A DNA stretch of 63,877 nucleotides, filler included, from Octopus bimaculoides (GCF_001194135.2; 8 parts of 7 records of this genome joined end to end with filler, not necessarily neighbours in it); one strand, 5' to 3'; shown: positions 1 through 12,580, counted from the whole stretch's first letter. Notes: generated from the sequence alone by a model not told the origin. Program-made: numbers and translations.

Positions 1-25
1 TATATATATATATTTATATATATAT

Positions 26-60
<35 letters not shown>

Positions 61-69
61 TAGATATAT

Positions 70-720
70 ACTCTTCTACTATTTTAGTTGTTTCAGTCAT
101 TTGACTGCGGCCATGCTGGAGCACCGCCTTTAGTCGAGTCAATCGACCCCAGGACTTATTCTTTGGAAGCCTAGTACTTGCTCTTATTTCTTTATTGCCC
201 ACGAGGGGCTAAACATAGAGGGGACAAACAAGGACAGACAAAGGTATTAAGTCGATTATATCGACCCACAGTGCGTAACTGGTACTTAATTTATCGATCC
301 CGAAAGGATGAGAGGCAAAGTCAACCTCGGCGGAAGTTGAACTCAGAACGACGTAACGGCAGACGAAATACAGCTAAGCATTTCGCCCGGTGTGCTTAAC
401 GATTCTGCTAGCTGGCCGCCTTGTACTTATTCTATCGTCTCTTTTGCCGAACCGCTAAGTTACGGGAACGTAAACACACCAGCATCGGTTGTCAAGCTAT
501 GTTGGGAGACAAACACAGACACACACACACACATACACATACATACACATATATTCGACAGGCCTCCTCCAGCTTCCGTCCACCAAATCCACCCACAAGC
601 CCCTGGTCGGCCCGAGGCTATAGTTGAAGTCACTTGCCTAAGGTGCCACGCAGTGGGACTGAACCCGGAACATTGTGATTGGTATGCAAGCCTCCCACCA
701 CACAGTCCCTCCTGCGCCTA
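70..720 (-). mobile_element. tRNA-derived SINE, family A (octopus OR/OK-like), interrupted by a nested family-B SINE
   Basis: On the minus strand the head reads GGCGCAGGAGGGACTGTGTGG...GGGTTCAGTCCCACTGCGTGGCA (A/B-box-like). It has an internal (CA)n and the same 3' body as the copies at 9912-10322, 27450-27892 and 60010-60330. Confidence 0.85.
180..422 (-). mobile_element. Family-B SINE nested in the family-A SINE, with 6-bp TSD GTACTT
   Basis: GTACTT occurs at 174-179 and 423-428. The host SINE sequence (AAGCCTAGTACTT|ATTCTATC) resumes exactly after the insert. The body matches other family-B copies (GGCGG..AGCTGGCAGAATCGTTAGCAC...). Confidence 0.85.
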
Positions 721-2289
721 TATATATATATATATATATATATATGCATACATACATACAGACACACACACACACACGTGTTTGCATATATATTAAAATG
801 CAATGTATATAGATTTTATAAATTATGTATTTTGTATTGTATACACATTCATATATGGATGCGTATACATACAGTTATTAACATAAGGAACGGCAGTGGA
901 AGTACTCAATACATGTACCAATTATTCAGTTGTTCAAACCCGTTCTGTTCTCGTGTTTCTAAATATGTTATGTTGTTATGTTTGAAGCGTACCATTTGAC
1001 AATTCGCTGCCATTTTAGTCATCGCCGTCGTCATCATCATCATCGTCGTCGTCGTCATCATTATCAGAATTTCGATAACCACCACCTACACGAACGCAAC
1101 AAGTGTCCGCAAAGTCACCACTAGGACAACGCCGACGACGGCCACCACAACAACCACCACCGCCGCCGCCGCTACCGCCACCACAACCACCACCACCACC
1201 ACCACATTTTTTGTCGGTAAATGGACAAAAGATGGATTTAACGAAATTCCTACACAGCATCAATCACCACACGGTCCTCCTCATCATCATCACCATCATC
1301 ATCANNNNNNNNNNNNNNNNNNNNNNNNNNNNNNNNNNNNNNNNNNNNNNNNNNNNNNNNNNNNNNNNNNNNNNNNNNNNNNNNNNNNNNNNNNNNNNNN
1401 NNNNNNNNNNNNNNNNNNNNNNNNNNNNNNNNNNNNNNNNNNNNNNNNNNNNNNNNNNNNNNNNNNNNNNNNNNNNNNNNNNNNNNNNNNNNNNNNNNNN
1501 NNNNNNNNNNNNNNNNNNNNNNNNNNNNNNNNNNNNNNNNNNNNNNNNNNNNNNNNNNNNNNNNNNNNNNNNNNNNNNNNNNNNNNNNNNNNNNNNNNNN
1601 NNNNNNNNNNNNNNNNNNNNNNNNNNNNNNNNNNNNNNNNNNNNNNNNNNNNNNNNNNNNNNNNNNNNNNNNNNNNNNNNNNNNNNNNNNNNNNNNNNNN
1701 NNNNNNNNNNNNNNNNNNNNNNNNNNNNNNNNNNNNNNNNNNNNNNNNNNNNNNNNNNNNNNNNNNNNNNNNNNNNNNNNNNNNNNNNNNNNNNNNNNNN
1801 NNNNNNNNNNNNNNNNNNCATCATCAATACTCTCACCACCACCGCCGCCGCCACCACCACCACCACCACATTTTTTGTCGGTAAATGGACAAAAGATGGA
1901 TTTAACGAAATTCCTACACAGCATCAATCACCACACGGTCCTCCTCATCATCATCACCATCATCATCACCATCATCACCATCATCATCATCATCATTATC
2001 ATCAATAACAATAACCATAACGTCATTTATCATCAGCGACAAATGTTCCTCTCTTTCGGCCCCGGGAGCAACGTTTCTGGTTATTTTACAAAAGAAGAAA
2101 AGAACAAAACAACAATAAATGAATGGACGTGTATCGGTGGGGTGGGGGTGGGAAGTTTGTGTAATATCGTTGATTCTCTTTTCGATTCATCTTTCTGTCT
2201 TTTCTCTTTTAATGAATCGCTATGTTACCGGGACGTACACCAACCAACAACGCCTCTCAAGCTGTGGTGGTGGAGAACTAACACATGCA

Positions 2290-2382
2290 TAAAGACACGC
2301 ACACACATACATATAAATATACATATAGATACATACATACACACACACATATGCAGACACACGCATACGCAGACACACACAC

Positions 2383-2424
<42 letters not shown>

Positions 2425-2590
2425 GTACACGACGGTCTTCCACGTAGTTTCCGTCTACTAAATCAAGGCTTTGATTGGCCCAAGGTAATAGTATGAGACA
2501 TTTGCCCAAAGTGCCATGCAGTGGAACTGAAACTAGGACCATGTAACTGGGGAGCAAACTTGCAAGCGCCTTACCACACAGCCACACCCG
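2290..2590 (-). mobile_element. Family-A SINE, head and middle (diverged)
   Basis: The sequence TTTCCGTCTACTAAATC..CAAGGCTTTGATTGGCCCAAGG..GACATTTGCCCAAAGTGCCATGCAGTGGAACTGAA..CCACACAGCCAC matches family A. Confidence 0.8.
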
Positions 2591-2984
2591 TCTACACTTA
2601 ACCGACAAGCTCCCAAACAGTTTCCCTCTAAGGATTCACTCACAGGTCATTTTGAGGTCCTTTGGCCGCTGTAGTAGAAGACACTGACGTAGATGTTTTC
2701 CTGAGATCCCAGAAAATTTCTCGGTTCGTGTAGGACCTATCAATTACCCTATGCTCCTAATCTCATGGGACCCTCTTAATAGTAACTACATAAGGCCAAT
2801 CAATAAAACACTGTAAATCCAGGATTACCCTAACTAGGAATGGCAAGCGCTTCTCTCTTCTGTAGCTGTGGCGTTCGTCAGTTTACAGGCGCACGCTGGA
2901 TGTATGCCCACTCACATGAGGGGCCGCATGTCGCCGCAATTCTCGTCTACCTGAAAAATTTCACATACAAATAACTGTTTCAAT

Positions 2985-4990
2985 TTTTGGCACAGGACCA
3001 AAAATTTTATAGGTGGAGATAAATCGATTACATCACCACCAGCGTTGAACTGGTACTTATTTTATCGGCCCCGAAAGAATGAAAGGCAAAGTTGACCAGG
3101 GCGGAAATTGAACTCAGACCGTAAAGACGAAACACCGCTAAGCATTCTGCCAGCTCACCACCTAGGTACAGCTCCGGACATTCTGGCAGGTAGGGGGAAC
3201 AGTCGAGTACATCGACCCCAGTGTTTCACTGGTACTTAATTTATTGACTCTGAAATGATGAAAGGCAAAAACGACCTCGGAGGAATTTGAACTCAGAACG
3301 CAGGGAGGGACGAAATGGCACCAAGCATTTTGCTCGGAGTGCTACCGACTCCGCCAGCACGCCGTCTTACATCGCATACAAATAATAACATAAATTCTGT
3401 TAATTCATTCTAATCTTGGCACAACGAAGGGATTTGTCCATTACATTGACCCCAGAATTCAGATCGTACTTATTTTCCCGACCCTGGAAGGATAAAAGGC
3501 AAAATGGACTTCGGAGGAATTTGTTTTCAGAACGCAAAGAGCCAGAGAAGACGGACGAAATGCTGCTAAGGGGTTTTGTTCGGTGTACTATAGATTCTTC
3601 CAGGCATCCGTCTAATTAACATTAATAATATATTTTTTGTAGCAAAGGCGCAAAAGCCTGAAATTTCAAGAAATTGGTGCCTTGACCATTACATCGGCCA
3701 CACTACTAAATGATATTTTTATGTTATAGATCTCGAATAGAAGAAAAATTAATACCGGATTGAGAGGTATTTGCACTCAGAGCGTAAAGAGCTGACACAA
3801 TGGATTTTTTCCGGCGCTCTAACGAATCTGCCAATTTCCCGCCTTTAACAATAAAGACTTTGGATTTAGGTACAAGACCAAAACTTTTAAGGAGGTGGAG
3901 TTAATTGAATTCAATAACCCAAATTCTTGATTAGTACTTTGTTTTACGGAGCCTTAAAATATGACTGGCAAACTAGGCCATGGCAGAATTCGAACTCAGA
4001 TCATAAGTAGCCGGAGGAATACAACAACAGCTTTTTTTTTATATCACTCAGTAAGAGGTAGGTAAGTGCCTGTGACCCTTTTTTTAACGCTTGTGAGCCT
4101 AGCGAGAGGGGCGGAATAAACAGGTTATCATCAAGGCGAAGATTTGGTCCGAGTCATTCAGACAGATTGGACCCCACTGAAAAGACTCCGAGTATATCAG
4201 ATAAATTTGATCCCACTAAAAAGGTGAGGCAGGGATCTATGAACAAGGTACTGGATGTACCCAAGGAGCAGAGAGTGAAGAGAACCCAAGAACCAGGTAA
4301 TACATCAAATCTGGAGCCCACGATCTGACGATTCTCCATCCCATATTGAACCCAATAATTATTTGTAAAATGAGCACAAAACCCTAAATTTAGGTTTAGC
4401 CAATTAAATAAACTTCAATACTTTATTTTTATCGGCCCTCAAAAAGAATAAAAGGAAAAGTCAACCTTGGTATATCTAAACTCAGAATGTAAAGAGTCGA
4501 AAGTAAATTTTGTAAACTTTTAGAACTACTGTAAATTTATAATTGTAACCGAACGATATTTCACATCCACTGCCCTCAACGCCTTCATAATTATGGTTCC
4601 AAATTTTTGGCACAGTGAGAGGGCTTTAATCTGTACAGTTGACATGATCTGCACTCCACTGGTACTTTATTGACCGGGAAAAAGATTAAAAGTGGTGTTG
4701 ACTGCTGCGGGATTCGAAATCAAAACTTAAAGGACCAGAAGAAATATTACCTACATTTCTTTCGACGCCCTAACAACTTCGCGATCCCGCCACCCTCGTT
4801 AACAAATGTAACCATTTCTCACTTAAGTAAAAGGCCAGGAATTTTAAGGAGAGCCGTTTAGTCAAATGGATCCATCCCAGTACTTGACAGGGACTTTTTT
4901 TATCCACCGCAAAAAGGTGAAAGGCAAAGTCGACTTCAGCAGAATTTAAAAATCAGAACGTAAAAAATCCGGAAGTAATACACCCTCATA
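2985..4990 (-). mobile_element. Cluster of about 8 co-oriented, diverged family-B SINE copies
   Basis: The motifs CTGGTACTT..ATCGAC/GGCC..GAAAGGCAAAG..GAATTTGAACTCAGAACG recur about every 200 bp, starting near 2985, 3170, 3415, 3645, 3860, 4380, 4590 and 4815. Confidence 0.7.
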
Positions 4991-5004
4991 AAAATCCTCT
5001 CTGC

Positions 5005-5108
<104 letters not shown>

Positions 5109-5152
5109 NNNNNNNNNNNNNNNNNNNNNNNNNNNNNNNNNNNNNNNNNNNN

Positions 5153-5164
5153 TTAATTAATTAA
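5153..5164. other. Assembly gap token TTAATTAATTAA (44N+12+44N); also at 14308, 24643, 35502, 40766, 49848 and 57685
   Basis: The identical 12-mer is centred in a 100-nt gap seven times and gives stop codons in all six frames. Confidence 0.95.
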
Positions 5165-5220
5165 NNNNNNNNNNNNNNNNNNNNNNNNNNNNNNNNNNNN
5201 NNNNNNNNCTTATTATTATT

Positions 5221-5707
5221 ATTCCTCTTCTTCTTTTCTTCTTCTTCTTCTTCTTCTTCTTCTTCTTCTTCTTCTCCTTCCTCTTCTTCTTTTCTTCTTC
5301 TTCTTCTTCTTCTTCTACTACTACTTCTTCTCCTTCTTCTTCTTTTTCTTCTTCTTCTTCTACTACTACTACTACTTCTTCTTCTTCTCCTTCTTCTTCT
5401 TCTTCTTCTTCTTCTTCTTCTCCTTCTTCTTCTTCTTCTTCTTCTTCTCCTTCTTCTTCTTCTTCTTCTTCTTCTTCTTCTCCTTCCTCTTCTTCTTTTC
5501 TTCTTCTTCTTCTTCTTCTTCTACTACTACTTCTTCTCCTTCTTCTTCTTCTTCTTCTTCTTCTTCTTCTTCTTCTTCTCCTTCTTCTTCTTCTTCTTCT
5601 TCTTCTTCTTCTTCTTCTTCTTCTTCTTCTTCTTCTTCTTCTCCTTCTTCTTCTTCTTCTTCTTCTTCTTCTTCTTCTTCTTCTTCTTCTTCTTCTTCTT
5701 CTTCTTC
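5221..5707. repeat. (TTC)n-dominated compound microsatellite with TCC/TAC interruptions
   Basis: About 490 bp of TTC units, read directly. Confidence 0.97.
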
Positions 5708-5770
5708 ATAATCATCTTATTCGCGAACACAAAATTGAAGAAGAAAAAAAAAGGACGGAAAAAAACGTGT

Positions 5771-5791
5771 TTACGTCACGAAACAGGAAGT
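5771..5791 (+). promoter_or_regulatory. Candidate promoter motifs (CRE/ATF-like TTACGTCA plus ETS-like CAGGAAGT)
   Basis: TTACGTCA is at 5771-5778 and CAGGAAGT at 5784-5791. A second TGACGT lies at 5931, within a locally CpG-rich island between microsatellites. Confidence 0.25.
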
Positions 5792-5800
5792 AAAACGAGT

Positions 5801-5846
<46 letters not shown>

Positions 5847-5908
5847 ACACAACAATAATAACAACAACAAACAACCACAACAACAAACACAACAAGAAAA
5901 ACAACAAC
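5801..5908. repeat. (AAC)n microsatellite, degenerate at its 3' end
   Basis: Read directly. Confidence 0.95.
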
Positions 5909-6689
5909 AATTCGCGTACCAACGCTGATTTGACGTGAAAATGATTAACATCCAACTCTTAATAACCAAAAACAGAACAACAATAACACCAACATCAACA
6001 TCAGGATTGTCGACACTATCGTAAGCAACAACAACAAGAACTAGAGCTCCTATGTGGTTGCTCAACCGACCAGAAATAACAACCAAATCTCTCCCAAATT
6101 GCACTTCACCATCTTTATCTAGGAAAAGATTTAACATAGTCCGATTCTGTATAAATATTTGTGCGTGTCTGCCTATCTTTCTCCTTCCCCCTCTCTCTCT
6201 GTCTCTCTCTCTCTCTCTCTCTGTATATATANNNNNNNNNNNNNNNNNNNNNNNNNNNNNNNNNNNNNNNNNNNNNNNNNNNNNNNNNNNNNNNNNNNNN
6301 NNNNNNNNNNNNNNNNNNNNNNNNNNNNNNNNNNNNNNNNNNNNNNNNNNNNNNNNNNNNNNNNNNNNNNNNNNNNNNNNNNNNNNNNNNNNNNNNNNNN
6401 NNNNNNNNNNNNNNNNNNNNNNNNNNNNNNNNNNNNNNNNNNNNNNNNNNNNNNNNNNNNNNNNNNNNNNNNNNNNNNNNNNNNNNNNNNNNNNNNNNNN
6501 NNNNNNNNNNNNNNNNNNNNNNNNNNNNNNNNNNNNNNNNNNNNNNNNNNNNNNNNNNNNNNNNNNNNNNNNNNNNNNNNNNNNNNNNNNNNNNNNNNNN
6601 NNNNNNNNNNNNNNNNNNNNNNNNNNNNNNNNNNNNNNNNNNNNNNNNATATATATATATATATACATACATACATTCATACATTATTT

Positions 6690-6950
6690 TATTCTCTTAC
6701 TCTTTTACATGTGTCAGTCATTTGACTGCGACCATGCTGGAGCGACGCCTTTAGTCGAACAAATCGACCCCGGGACTTATTCTTTGTAAGCCCAGAACTT
6801 ATTCTATCGGTCTTTTTTTGCCGGACCGCTAGCTTACGGGAATGTAAACACTAACGACGGTGGGAGGACAAACATAGACACACAAATACATATATATTTA
6901 TATATATATATATACGAAGAGCTTCCTTTAGTTTCCGTCTACCAAATCCA
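6690..6950 (-). mobile_element. Family-A SINE, 3' half (head truncated)
   Basis: The sequence GTCATTTGACTGCGACCATGCTGGAGC..GACCCCGGGACTTATTCTTTGTAAGCC..TTTCCGTCTACCAAATCC matches family A. Confidence 0.8.
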
Positions 6951-8335
6951 TTATTTTACTGCATGCTAGAAATAGCAGCAAAATGCCCTCACCAATCCTA
7001 TCCAGCCTGCGTCTACCGTCTGCAAAAAGAAAGGACACATTAGACTAGTGGTTCTCATCCAAGGTTTATATAGCCCTTAGGGATCCATATAAGATTTTGT
7101 TGTTAAAAATTCATCTGCAACAAATTGGTTATATTTCAACGATAGACACAATATTTTAATAATTATTTTTTTATACAATTCCTAATAATGTTTGATTCTA
7201 AAAATATAATAATGGGGTTTCTTTAAACATCAGATGGCTAATAAGGTCCATCCGGGTAAAATAGTAGTGAAAGGGGTCTATAAGCAAGAAATGGTTGAGA
7301 AACGCTGCTTCAGACAGAAAACGTAATACACACACACACACACATACATACATACATACATACATACATACATACATACATACATACGTACGTACGTACA
7401 TACATACACGCACACATACATACATACACACACCACACACACATACAGACACACACACACTCGCACACACATAAAAGGGATGGTCGCGACTGAAATGTCT
7501 TTGACCATGAGACAGCTCATTCAGGACCGACCTGGGGCTAAACTAACAACAGTAATATTATTACCAATGCAAATTTAAACGAGACGATTAATCCAAGTAA
7601 AAGCTACCGGCTCTTTCTTCTTCAATCTCACGACATACATACAGACAGACGGACGGACAGAAGACAGACTAAAGGATAAACCAAGATGGCTTCTCACTTA
7701 ACATTTACAATGACAGACGACCGTTGACAAATGCTTTGGATAACGACAACTTCCAGATTCCATAAGAAGAACTGGAGAAAAATTACCGAATTCTATAAAT
7801 GGAATCACTTGATGTTGAAATGAAATTTGTATTCCCTCGCAAAACTTCGGTACAGATCTCTCTCAGAGATTTTTTTTTCCTGCAAATAGATGTACGTTTG
7901 TTGTTTTTACTTTTTAATGAAATCTAAAAATACAAACTTAAACAGAGAATAGCTTACATAAATATATCTATGAGTTGGGATGTACATAAATATACATTAA
8001 GACTTAAACTTAATAAACAGCGCACACATACACCACACAAACACACGTACATACACTACACACACACACGAACAGAGTTACCTGTTTACCTTTAGTTTCC
8101 TCTCTGTCTACTTCTCTCTTTCTCTTTCTCTCTGGATACAGAGAGGGGGGGGAAGAGAGAGACAAATAGATAGCTATGTATTAAATTTACAACTCCATCA
8201 ATATACACATCTATAAATAAAAGCGCCGCATATACATACACACAAGGCACAACCACACACAGTTTCCTTTTCTGTATGGAAGCCATTGTTGTGAGGTTTC
8301 ACTGAAGAGTGGAAGAGAAAGAGATAAGAGCGAGC

Positions 8336-8369
<34 letters not shown>

Positions 8370-8561
8370 GAGAGAGAAAGAGAAGGAGAGAGAGAAAGAA
8401 AGAAAGAATTAAAGAAAATAGAAAGAAGCTCTGTGAAGGACAGACAGACAAACAGACGGGCAGACGTATTTGAGTGGTAGACTGACAGACAGACAGAAAG
8501 CTAGTAAGACTTAAAGACCTGTGTGAAACAGAATAGCCGTCTGATTGGCTGTCGGAGTTAA

Positions 8562-8912
<351 letters not shown>

Positions 8913-9254
8913 TGATATTATTTGGTTATCAAATTTCTTCATTTACTTTCTCTTTACACACCACCAAACCGATGTATACATATACATACATTCACGCTTG
9001 TATACATACATATATACATACATGCATATATATATGCGTGTACATGTATGTATGTATGCTTGTAGACATGACTACATGTATATTACTAAAGCATATATGT
9101 GTACACAAATATTTATTCAGCTGTTGGTTACTGTGAGTATGGGTGCATTTATAAAAGTATACAGATTAAAATGTGTGCGAGTGTGCGTGTGTGTGTGAAT
9201 GTGTGTGTATTCATGCGCGTGTGCGTGCATGTGTGTATGTTTTTTGTACATGTA

Positions 9255-9309
<55 letters not shown>

Positions 9310-9911
9310 ATATATATTGGGATTGTACGTGTCTGACAAATGATTTGATCTGAGGTTGTGTTGGAACTAAACCAATTACAGAATGTAAGACAGAAAAATT
9401 AAAACTATTAAAGTTATCAAGAGTCAACAACTATTGAAAAGGTTGCAAGACGCAACGAAAATTTTAGAAAAATAAATAAGTAAATGAATGGAAATTTCAC
9501 CGGTGAGTGTGTTAAATTATAAGGTACTAAAAGAGAATGACTCTCCCCAGATACTAAAAGAGAATGACTCTCCCCAGAATATTAACGTTAGTTAACTATT
9601 TATTATTCAGAGAAGTCAAAAAGTGGTCGAGTGGTCGAGTGGTTGGCACACCAGACAAAATATTTACCGGCGTTACTTCTGCGTTTAAAGTTCGGAGTTC
9701 AGATTACAACGATTGAGACTTTGGCTTACATATTTTCGGGGATCGAAAAATAAGTAACGGTCGAGTACTGGACGGATTTCGATGAAATCGACTGAAATTT
9801 CAGGTCTTCTGCTTTCATATAAGAAAAAGGGTTATGTAAAAAAGCGTTAACATTTTTGTGTGTTTTTGAATGGCTTAAAAGTTCTTTCCACCATGTAATT
9901 CATACATACAT

Positions 9912-10322
9912 ATACTCTTTTACTCTTTTACTTGTTTCAGTCTTTTGACTGTGGCCATGCTGGAGCACCGCCTTTAGTCGAGCAAATCGACCCCAGGACT
10001 TATTCTTTGGAAGCCTAGTACTTATTCTATCGGTCTCTTTTGCCGAACCGTTAAGTTACGGGGACGTAAACACACCAGCAACGGTTGTCAAGCGATGTTG
10101 GGGGGACAAACACAGACATACAAACACATACACACATACATATATATATACATATATACGACAGGCTTCTTTCAGTTTCCGTCTACCAAATCCACTCACA
10201 AGGCTTTGATCGGCCCGAGGCTATAGTAGAAGACACTTGCCCAAGATGCCACGCAGTGGGACTGAACCCGGGACCATGTGGTTCGTAAGCAAGCTACTTA
10301 CCACACAGCCACTCCTACGCCT
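9912..10322 (-). mobile_element. Near full-length family-A tRNA-derived SINE
   Basis: The minus-strand head is GGCGTAGGAGTGGCTGTGTGGTAAG...GGGTTCAGTCCCACTGCGTGG (A/B-box-like). It has an internal CA/TA microsatellite and an (AAAGAGTA)n-type tail. Confidence 0.9.
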
Positions 10323-10538
10323 ATATATATATATATACATATGTATATATATATATTGTAGATAGGGTTACGATACAAGCTGTGTCCTCTTAAAGCTCAT
10401 TTGCTTATTCCAGTACTCCAAAATTGTGTGTAGATGTTATAATTGTGTAAGGTATGCATATGAGAGTTGGAAAATCCTGGAATATATATTTTGCTATTAT
10501 TACATGTCAAAACTGGAGATTAGCAAAAAGTTTCTGAT

Positions 10539-10679
10539 ATTATTTCGTCACCATTACACGTGTTTCATTTGCTGATAGGAGTTACGAAATTATACTTGTA
10601 GGAGAAACATGTATATCTCGTACCTGTACAATTTTGCAGCTCTTATTAGCAAATGAAATACGTGTAATGGCGAATAATA
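10539..10679. repeat. Fold-back inverted repeat (MITE-like hairpin)
   Basis: The arm CCATTACACGTGTTTCATTTGCTGATAGGAG (10551-10581) pairs with CTCTTATTAGCAAATGAAATACGTGTAATGG (10640-10670). Pairing extends imperfectly on both sides. Confidence 0.8.
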
Positions 10680-10804
10680 CCAAACATCGATAAAATAAGT
10701 ACCAGTTACGCAATGGGGTCGATGTAATCGATTAGTCCCCTTCCATCAAATTTCAGGCCTTGTGTCTGTAGTAGAAAGGATTATTATTATGATTGTTGTT
10801 GTTG

Positions 10805-10864
<60 letters not shown>

Positions 10865-10865
<1 letters not shown>

Positions 10866-10995
10866 GGCGGCGAGCTGGCAGAATCGTAAGCACCAAAGTC
10901 GAAATGCTTAGCGGTATTTCGTCTGTCTTCACGTTCTCGGCGGAATTTGAACCCAGAACGTAGCAACAGGCGAAATACCGCTAAGCATTTCGTCC
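10865..10995. mobile_element. Family-B SINE head fused to an inverted family-B piece
   Basis: Positions 10900-10921 (CGAAATGCTTAGCGGTATTTCG) are the exact reverse complement of 10971-10992. Confidence 0.8.
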
Positions 10996-11216
10996 AGCGA
11001 AATGTAAGTCATTCTATATAGAATGTAATTCATTCTATATAAGAAATGAAACCCCGAGATTTAAACCACTTTGATGAGCGCCATGCATGAAACTCTCACC
11101 CCTTAAGCTACATTTGTAACTGTCTGCTGATTAAGAAAATAAAACTTATACATATATATATATATTTATGCACACACATACACACGTGTGTATATATATA
11201 CATAGTGTAATTTATT

Positions 11217-11298
<82 letters not shown>

Positions 11299-12531
11299 TG
11301 CGTTTTTACGTATGTAATAGATACATACATACGCATAAAAGGTATAAAAGTATATATTGTATGTTCTTATTTCTTTGGTTTTTGTTATTGTTGCTGTTTG
11401 TTTATGTTGTTGTTATCTGTCTCACATTTTTCTCTATCATCCAATCATTTACTCTTTCACCATCGGCAAAACATTCGTTAGATAAAAAAAAAAAAACAAC
11501 AGCAGCAACAACAACGTCAACAATCTCAATGATAATATTAACATCAACAACAACACCAGAAACAGCAGTAACAGATGCAATTACATTAGTAACAATGATA
11601 AGTGCAACTACAACTCTAGCAGCACCAATACCACCACCACCACCGCTTACTATTAACAACGACATCATCAGTGATAACAGCAACAACAATAACATAATCA
11701 ACAAAAACAACAACAATAACAGGAAAACAGCAGAAACAACAATAACAATAACAACAACAACAACAACAGCAACGGCATCGACAACAACTACAGCAATACC
11801 AACAACAGCTACAACATCAGTAAACAAACAACGTTAATAAGAGCACCGCCACCACCACAACAACAACGAGTACAATAGCAGAAGCACCACCACCACCACC
11901 AACAACAACAACAAAAACAACAACGGCAGCAACATCATCATCAACAAATGCGGCAGCCAGTTATTAGCAACAATTAGATTTTTACCAAGTTTAAAATGAT
12001 TGAGCGAAAAAGAAGAAAACTAGATTTGTTTTCTTCACATTTCTAAACAGTCTTAAGTTATTTTCTTTTAACTCTCTTCTTTCCTTCCTACCTCTCATTC
12101 TCTCTTTCCTTCTTCTCTTTTATTCCTTCCTTCTTTCTTTCTCTCCACTAAAGATGTTAAGAAAAATATTTTCTCTTTCCAGTTTTTTATTTAGTTTTCA
12201 AAACCCAAAAATTCTTCGTCCGTTTTTGCGTCTTTTTTTTCCGTTTTTTTTTCTCTTCTTAATTTTCTTTTAATTTTCTTTTAATGGCTAACACAGAGAA
12301 GGAAGGGTAGCACCCGGGATAACACCCCTCACCTCATCTTCACTTTTCTTCTTCTTCTTTTTCTTCTTCTTCTTCTTCTTTCTTTCTTTTTTTTTCCGAT
12401 TACATTTTCTCATTGGCCGACAAAATACAAAGGAAGTCAGTATTAACACATATCTCTACTGTATTGAGAACTAAACAGCTAACTAGAAACGAAACTGCAG
12501 TGAGGAGAATAAAAAACAAAACAACAACAAC

Positions 12532-12580
<49 letters not shown>

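Noticed and set aside
1015-2008. His-rich, Pro-rich and Thr-rich ORFs
   Set aside because: They are translations of CAT/CCA trinucleotide repeats and N runs, with no recognisable domain.
2985-4990. Periodic array considered as CRISPR-like
   Set aside because: The context is eukaryotic, the units are about 200-bp degenerate SINEs, and there is no repeat-spacer structure or cas gene.
5527-5938. Poly-Lys and poly-Thr ORFs
   Set aside because: They are microsatellite translations.
9524-9578. 27-bp tandem duplication (similar ones: 18 bp at 41741-41776, 31 bp at 63247-63308)
   Set aside because: These are ordinary slippage-type duplications with only two units.
9912-10322. tRNA-like heads considered as tRNA genes
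   Set aside because: They are SINE heads attached to repeat bodies, with no complete cloverleaf.
11298-11950. Mucin-like 179-aa ORF and antisense hydrophobic ORF
   Set aside because: A degenerate (ACA/AAC)n tract lacks stops by composition, and there is no splice or domain evidence.
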